Part shown: positions 59,210 through 64,000 of the stretch, one piece after another
How the letters are laid out: every line of letters begins with the position of its first letter
Position numbering within the stretch: position 1 is the stretch's first letter
DNA from: Candidatus Wolframiiraptor sinensis
Lineage (GTDB): Archaea > Thermoproteota > Nitrososphaeria_A > Caldarchaeales > Wolframiiraptoraceae
Direction of reading: 5' to 3'
Assembly: GCA_023261815.1 (NCBI GenBank)
Contig: JALNKA010000002.1
Location: 36,340-100,339 of the forward strand
Length of the DNA: 64,000 nt
Notes under the pieces: generated by a model
Database searches by the model: none
Told to the model about the DNA's origin: nothing
Seen by the model: only the letters and a program-made list of their open reading frames with translations
Position numbers and translations under genes: made by a program

Positions 59210-60949
59210 ATGCTTCAAGTCGCTGTGAAGATGAGCCTGGATGAGATGGCCCTGAAGTGGGCGCTGAAGAACGCCGTCGAGCATGATGGAAAGGCGATGG
59301 TCGGTCCCGTCATCGCGAAGATGCTCGGCGAGAGGCCGGAGCTCAAGACAAACATCGGGAGCGTTAGAAGAGCCGCTGAAGCAGCCGTCGAGAAGGTTAA
59401 CTCGATGAGTCTCGAGGAGCAGCGAGCACTGCTCGCGCGGATAGCGCCGGAGCTCCTTGAAGCTAAGCGCGTTGAGAAGAAGAGGCTTCCGCCCTTACCT
59501 GGAGCTGAGCCGGGCAAGGTCATCACTAGGCTGCCTCCGGAGCCGAGCGGATACATGCATATAGGCCACGCGATGAGCGGCCTCCTAAACTATCTCTATG
59601 CGAGGATGTATGGTGGCGTGATCTGGCTGAGATTCGAGGACACGGATCCCCGGAAGGTCAAGCCGGAATACTATGAGAGCTTCAGGAAGGGGTATAAGTG
59701 GCTTGGGATAGAGTGGGATCACGAGAAGAATAACAGCGACGACATGGAGTTATTCTACAGGTACGCGGAGCAGCTCATCAAGTCCGGTAAAGCATACGTA
59801 TGCACGTGCCCCGCTGAGAAGATCAGGAGGCTTAGGGCGCTAGGCGAGGAGTGCGAGCACAGATCCCATGGAGCTGATGAGAACCTGCATCTGTGGAATG
59901 AGATGCTCGCTGGAGGATTCGGCGAGGGCGAGGCGATACTGAGGCTGGTCGGGGACATGAAGCACGCGAATACCACGATGAGAGATCCGGCTTTATTCAG
60001 GATAATAGAGCATGAGCATCCACTCACCGGAGACCGGTATAGGGTCTGGCCCCTCTACGACTTCGCGGTCTCGATCGAGGACTACCTTTGCGGGGTTACG
60101 CACGTCCTTAGGACAAGCGAATTCGCCCTGAGAGACGAGCTCCAGAACTACATCAGGAGCCTGCTCGGCATAAGCCGCCACCCGATATACATCGAGTACT
60201 CGAGGTTCGAGTTCCAGGGCACGCCGGTCTCGAAGAGGAGGCTTAGAGCGGTACTCGAGGCCGGCCTCGCGAGAAGCTGGGATGACCCGCGGTTTCCAAC
60301 CATCGAGGGGATCAGGAGAAGGGGGATACTCCCGGAGGCGATAAGGGAGTTCACGATAACGCAGACGGGCTTCTCTTACGCGAAGCGGGAGTACGACTGG
60401 TCGCTCCTCTTCGCGATAAATAGGAGGATCTTGGACCCTGTTGCGAGAAGGCTCTTCTTCGCGCCTAACCCCGTTAAGCTCCTCATTGATGGAGCGCCCG
60501 AGATATCCGTGGAGGCGCCATATCATCCATCGAATATGGATCTCGGATCGAGGAACCTCAGGGCCGGCGGCGAGCTCTACATATCGGGAATCGATGCTGA
60601 GAGGATGAGACCCGGCGACGTTTACAGGCTGAAATACCTCATGAACTTCAAAGTCCTAGAAGTTAGCGGGAATATTATCCGAGCGGAGTTCATGGGCAGG
60701 GAGCCGATAAGGGATGTGCAGATAATCCAGTGGGTTCCCGCGGGCGAGTGCGTCGAGGTCGAGGTCCTAGTCCCCGGCGTGCTATACGTCAATGACGAGA
60801 TAAATCAGGAAAGCTTGAGGATCGTGAGGGGCCTCGGAGAAAGGGCCGTCGAGACGGTGAGGCTCGATGAGATAGTTCAGTTCGAGAGATTCGGCTTCTG
60901 CAGAAGGGACTCGGCGAGCGAGCTGAGATTCATCTTCGCCCACGACTAG
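59210..60949 (+). CDS. gltX: Glutamyl-tRNA synthetase (archaeal type)
   Basis: RLPPEPSGYMHIGH, RFEDTDP, THVLR, VSKR, WDDPR, QFERFGF. Confidence 0.96.
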   Translation: MLQVAVKMSLDEMALKWALKNAVEHDGKAMVGPVIAKMLGERPELKTNIGSVRRAAEAAVEKVNSMSLEEQRALLARIAPELLEAKRVEKKRLPPLPGAEPGKVITRLPPEPSGYMHIGHAMSGLLNYLYARMYGGVIWLRFEDTDPRKVKPEYYESFRKGYKWLGIEWDHEKNNSDDMELFYRYAEQLIKSGKAYVCTCPAEKIRRLRALGEECEHRSHGADENLHLWNEMLAGGFGEGEAILRLVGDMKHANTTMRDPALFRIIEHEHPLTGDRYRVWPLYDFAVSIEDYLCGVTHVLRTSEFALRDELQNYIRSLLGISRHPIYIEYSRFEFQGTPVSKRRLRAVLEAGLARSWDDPRFPTIEGIRRRGILPEAIREFTITQTGFSYAKREYDWSLLFAINRRILDPVARRLFFAPNPVKLLIDGAPEISVEAPYHPSNMDLGSRNLRAGGELYISGIDAERMRPGDVYRLKYLMNFKVLEVSGNIIRAEFMGREPIRDVQIIQWVPAGECVEVEVLVPGVLYVNDEINQESLRIVRGLGERAVETVRLDEIVQFERFGFCRRDSASELRFIFAHD

Positions 60950-62018
60950 CCTTTCGAGCTCTTTGCGAAGCCCACTCGCTGAGAGGCCCCAAGAGAACAT
61001 ACCTGCATCTCTTAAGATCCGATATTGTTTTCGAGCCTGTTAGAAGCATCGCGACCCTTAGCTCCTCCGCCACGCGCGCGATCATCTTCTCAACATGCTC
61101 GGGCCCGGCTAGAGCTGGCTTGAGGAGCGGGCGGGCCATGCCGACGAAGTCAGCTCCAATGGCCATGGCCTTAGCGGCTTGAAGACCATTCCTTATTCCT
61201 CCCGACGCTATTAAATCCAGCCCCCTGACCCTGGAGACCTCGAGTATGGAGGCGGCGGTCGGTATGCCCCATTCTGAGTATAGCTCCGCAATTAGGGCTT
61301 TGGCTGCGTTTAAGCCCTTAACCCTCTCGGCTTCTATCTTGGCCCAGTTGGTCCCGCCCGCGCCGGCGACATCCACGGCCTTAACACCGGCCTTGGCGAG
61401 CCTCTCAGCGACCTCGCGCGAGACGCCGAACCCAACCTCCTTCACGATCACCGGAACATCCAGCTTCTCGCACAGCAACTCGATCGCGCGGAGTATCCCT
61501 TTGAAGCTCCTAGAGCCCTCGGGCTGAATAATTTCCTGGAGAACATTCAGGTGTATCGCGAGAGCATCGGCCTCGATCATCTCCACAGCCCTCTCCGCGT
61601 AGCCGACGCCGTGCTTCGCGAGCTCCACACCGCTAAGGTTTCCGATTAGAAAGCATCGGGGAGCAATCTTCCTCACGATATCATAAGTCTCCGCGAGCGC
61701 TGGGTTCTCGATTCCCGCGCGCTGGCTTCCAACGCCCATCGGTATATTGAGCTTCTCAGCGGCCTCGGCCAGGTTCCTGTTGATCTCGTAAGCCTCCCGA
61801 GCCCCGCCGGTCATACCCTCAATCAGGATGGGGTAGGAGAATTTCCTGCCGAGAAGTCTTGCCTCGAGAGAGATCTCATCCCAGCTTAGCTCTGGCAGAG
61901 CATTATGGATGAGCTCGACGTGCTCGAGCCAGGTCGTCTTCTCAGAGAAATCAGCCTCATCGCCTAAGTCCAGGCACAGGCTGATATGATCCCTCTTCCT
62001 CTCCTCAATCCCTCCCAT
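60930..62018 (-). CDS. fni: Type 2 isopentenyl-diphosphate isomerase
   Basis: RKRDHI, GMTGG, GVGSQR, HLNVLQE, KEVGFG, GAGGTNW, ASGGIR. Confidence 0.95.
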   Translation of the reverse strand: MGGIEERKRDHISLCLDLGDEADFSEKTTWLEHVELIHNALPELSWDEISLEARLLGRKFSYPILIEGMTGGAREAYEINRNLAEAAEKLNIPMGVGSQRAGIENPALAETYDIVRKIAPRCFLIGNLSGVELAKHGVGYAERAVEMIEADALAIHLNVLQEIIQPEGSRSFKGILRAIELLCEKLDVPVIVKEVGFGVSREVAERLAKAGVKAVDVAGAGGTNWAKIEAERVKGLNAAKALIAELYSEWGIPTAASILEVSRVRGLDLIASGGIRNGLQAAKAMAIGADFVGMARPLLKPALAGPEHVEKMIARVAEELRVAMLLTGSKTISDLKRCRYVLLGPLSEWASQRARKASRGRR

Positions 62019-62079
62019 GTGTCTCAAGCCAGTAAACGAAATGATATATAGCTGATGCTGACGATATATTTGCCCGGCC

Positions 62080-62928
62080 TTGGCTAGGAGGAGGCCCGCG
62101 GTCTCAGGAATGTTCTATCCATCGGCGCGAGAAAGCCTGCTAAGGGAGATAGAATCCTGCTTCCTGCATATGCTCGGGCCTGGAGCGCTCCCGAGGAGAG
62201 TTAAGGGGGATAAGAGGCCGAGCGCCCTGATCTCGCCCCATGCCGGCTACATGTACTCAGGGCCCGTCGCCGCTCACGCTTATGCGCAGCTGGATGAATG
62301 CAGGGTTGAGACGGCCATATTACTCGGCCCAAATCACTATGGTGTTGGAACTCCTGTCTCCATCTTCCCGGAGGGCGTCTGGGCGACGCCGCTCGGCGAG
62401 ATCCCGATCGACACCGAGCTGGCCATGGAGCTATCAAGGATATCCGACGTCTTCTCCTTGGACGAGATATCCCATGAGCACGAGCACTCGATAGAGGTTC
62501 AGCTGCCATTCCTCCAATACGTTGTCGGCGGCTTCAAGCTGGTCCCAATATGCATGCTAGACCAGAGCATCGAGACTGCCATGAGGGTTGGCGAGGCGAT
62601 AGCAGAGATCCTCAGGAGGAGGAATGATGTCGCCCTGATAGCATCAAGTGACATGACGCATTATGAGCCCCATGAGCGCGCGTGCAGAAAGGATTCCATA
62701 GCGCTGGAGAAGATAAGAAGCCTGGACGTCGAGGGCCTCTACGAGGCAATTCTCGAGCACGATATATCCATGTGCGGATATGGGCCTGTGGCCGCGGTGC
62801 TCCACGCCTGCAGGAGAATTGGTGCCCATCAAGCCGAGGTCCTGAAATATGCCACGAGCGGCGACATATCCGGCGACTACAGCTCCGTCGTCGGCTACGC
62901 GGCCGTCAAGATAGGGCTTCCAGAGTAG
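62080..62928 (+). CDS. MEMO1 family protein (AmmeMemoRadiSAM protein B)
   Basis: PAVSGMFYP, PHAGYMYSG, GPNH, EHSIEVQLPFLQ, ASSDMTHY, MCGYGP, VVGYA. Confidence 0.92.
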   Translation: MARRRPAVSGMFYPSARESLLREIESCFLHMLGPGALPRRVKGDKRPSALISPHAGYMYSGPVAAHAYAQLDECRVETAILLGPNHYGVGTPVSIFPEGVWATPLGEIPIDTELAMELSRISDVFSLDEISHEHEHSIEVQLPFLQYVVGGFKLVPICMLDQSIETAMRVGEAIAEILRRRNDVALIASSDMTHYEPHERACRKDSIALEKIRSLDVEGLYEAILEHDISMCGYGPVAAVLHACRRIGAHQAEVLKYATSGDISGDYSSVVGYAAVKIGLPE

Positions 62929-62981
62929 CCCGGGAAAAGGGTTAAGAGGAGAGCCTTTACCTCGTCTGGAAGAGGCTGGCG

Positions 62982-63203
62982 ATGAGCAAGAGGGTTGAGA
63001 AGATCGAGGAGCCCGTCCCAGCGGTCGTCGAGCAGATAGTGGGCAGGACCGGCGTAACCGGCGAGGTTACCCAGGTCAGAGTCAGGATACTCGAGGGAAG
63101 GGATGCTGGTAGGGTCATCTCGAGGAACGTCAAGGGTCCGGTGAGGATCGGAGACATCATAATGCTCTTGGACACTGAGAGGGAAGCTGAGAAGATAAGG
63201 TAA
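62982..63203 (+). CDS. rps28e: 30S ribosomal protein eS28
   Basis: [14 protein letters not shown]...[12 protein letters not shown]...TEREA. Confidence 0.96.
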   Translation: MSKRVEKIEEPVPAVVEQIVGRTGVTGEVTQVRVRILEGRDAGRVISRNVKGPVRIGDIIMLLDTEREAEKIR

Positions 63204-63218
63204 GGCGGGGTGGCTGCC

Positions 63219-63416
63219 ATGCCGACGAGGCATAAATGCGCCTTCTGCGGGAGAGAGTTCCTCCACGGCAAGGGCATGCTATACGTGAGGAATGATGGGT
63301 CGCAGCTCTGGTTCTGCTCTAGGAAATGCAGGATCAGCATGATAGACCTGAGGAGGGATCCGCGCAAATTCAAGTGGACGGAGAAGTACGCGCCCGAGAC
63401 CATCAGGGCCAGGTGA
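63219..63416 (+). CDS. rpl24e: 50S ribosomal protein eL24
   Basis: CAFCG, GKGMLYVRNDG, FCSRKC, RDPRKFKWT. Confidence 0.95.
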   Translation: MPTRHKCAFCGREFLHGKGMLYVRNDGSQLWFCSRKCRISMIDLRRDPRKFKWTEKYAPETIRAR

Positions 63417-63466
63417 GGCGCTCCCTAGAGATCATCCATATATTGCCGCTCATCAAGCCACAGGAT

Positions 63467-63904
63467 ATGAGCGAGAGAAGCGAGATCGAGAGAACATTCG
63501 TAATGCTCAAGCCCAGCTGCATCCAAAGGGGGTTGATGGGCGAAGTCATCTCCAGATTCGAGAGAAAGGGATTCAGGATACTCCAGATAAAGATCCTGAA
63601 GATGCCCAGGGAGAAGGCGGAGGAGCTATACAGGGTTCATGAGGGCAAGCCCTTCTACCAAAGCCTGATAAACGCGATATCCGGAAAGACCGTGGCCCTG
63701 ATGGTTCTCGAGGGCAGGAGGGCGATAAGCGTCGTCAGGAAGATTATAGGCGCAACCGATCCAGCGCAAGCGGAGGCAGGCACAATCCGCGGAGACCTCG
63801 CAATAGACCTAACCGACAACCTGATCCACGCCTCGGATAGCCCCGAATCATATGAGCGCGAGCACAGGATATTCTTCAGCGAGGAGGAGCTAGAGACAGC
63901 ATGA
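63467..63904 (+). CDS. ndk: Nucleoside diphosphate kinase
   Basis: ERTFVMLKP, HEGKPFY, GATDP, GTIRGD, NLIHASDS. Start refined to ATG 63467. Confidence 0.95.
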   Translation: MSERSEIERTFVMLKPSCIQRGLMGEVISRFERKGFRILQIKILKMPREKAEELYRVHEGKPFYQSLINAISGKTVALMVLEGRRAISVVRKIIGATDPAQAEAGTIRGDLAIDLTDNLIHASDSPESYEREHRIFFSEEELETA

Positions 63905-63962
63905 TCGCCTCGGCCAAAGCATAAATGTTAAGAGCTGGAGGCTCCAGACCTGTAAAAGGAGG

Positions 63963-64000
63963 TTGTCGACCATTAAGCCGCTTCCAGCTCAGCCTGAGGT
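63963..64000 (+). CDS. Probable 5' end of the next gene (truncated by the window edge)
   Basis: TTG start and open frame to the window end, close to AGGAGG; too short to identify. Confidence 0.25.
   Translation, partial: MSTIKPLPAQPE

Overview
A 64-kb, gene-dense stretch of a thermophilic archaeal chromosome. Archaeal markers include class I LysRS, Cbf5, L7Ae, eL14, eS28, eL24, Rpo12, Hjc, a crenarchaeal-type single-OB SSB, CDC48, type 2 IDI and geranylgeranyl reductases. Two tungstopterin AOR-family enzymes and a stand-alone rps11 suggest a TACK lineage such as Caldarchaeales ('Aigarchaeota'); this is inference. Most genes are housekeeping: translation and RNA modification, W/Mo cofactor synthesis, pstSCAB-phoU, lipid synthesis and DNA repair. 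After an intron-containing tRNA-Ser(GGA) lies a ~12.5-kb redox/oxidative/arsenic-stress block (sod, arsC, gapN, rubrerythrin, 2-oxoacid:ferredoxin oxidoreductase, trxB, ArsP-like permease, SDR, HtrA, Cys-rich HTH regulator, DUF438). Main unexplained signals: (1) a palindromic ATAAC-n3-GTTAT motif at the TATA boxes of five promoters in that block, a candidate undescribed regulon; (2) a C/D-box guide sRNA predicted to target the 23S peptidyl-transferase region; (3) a ~120-nt K-turn-containing hairpin RNA in an AT-rich patch; (4) a K-turn spanning the rpl7ae start codon; (5) phased repeats upstream of pstS; (6) three disrupted genes (gapN, SDR, and an orphan DNA methyltransferase broken at a CTT-TAA shifty-stop-like site). 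No CRISPR array, transposase, integrase or rRNA was seen. All calls come from reading the sequence by eye; no searches were run.
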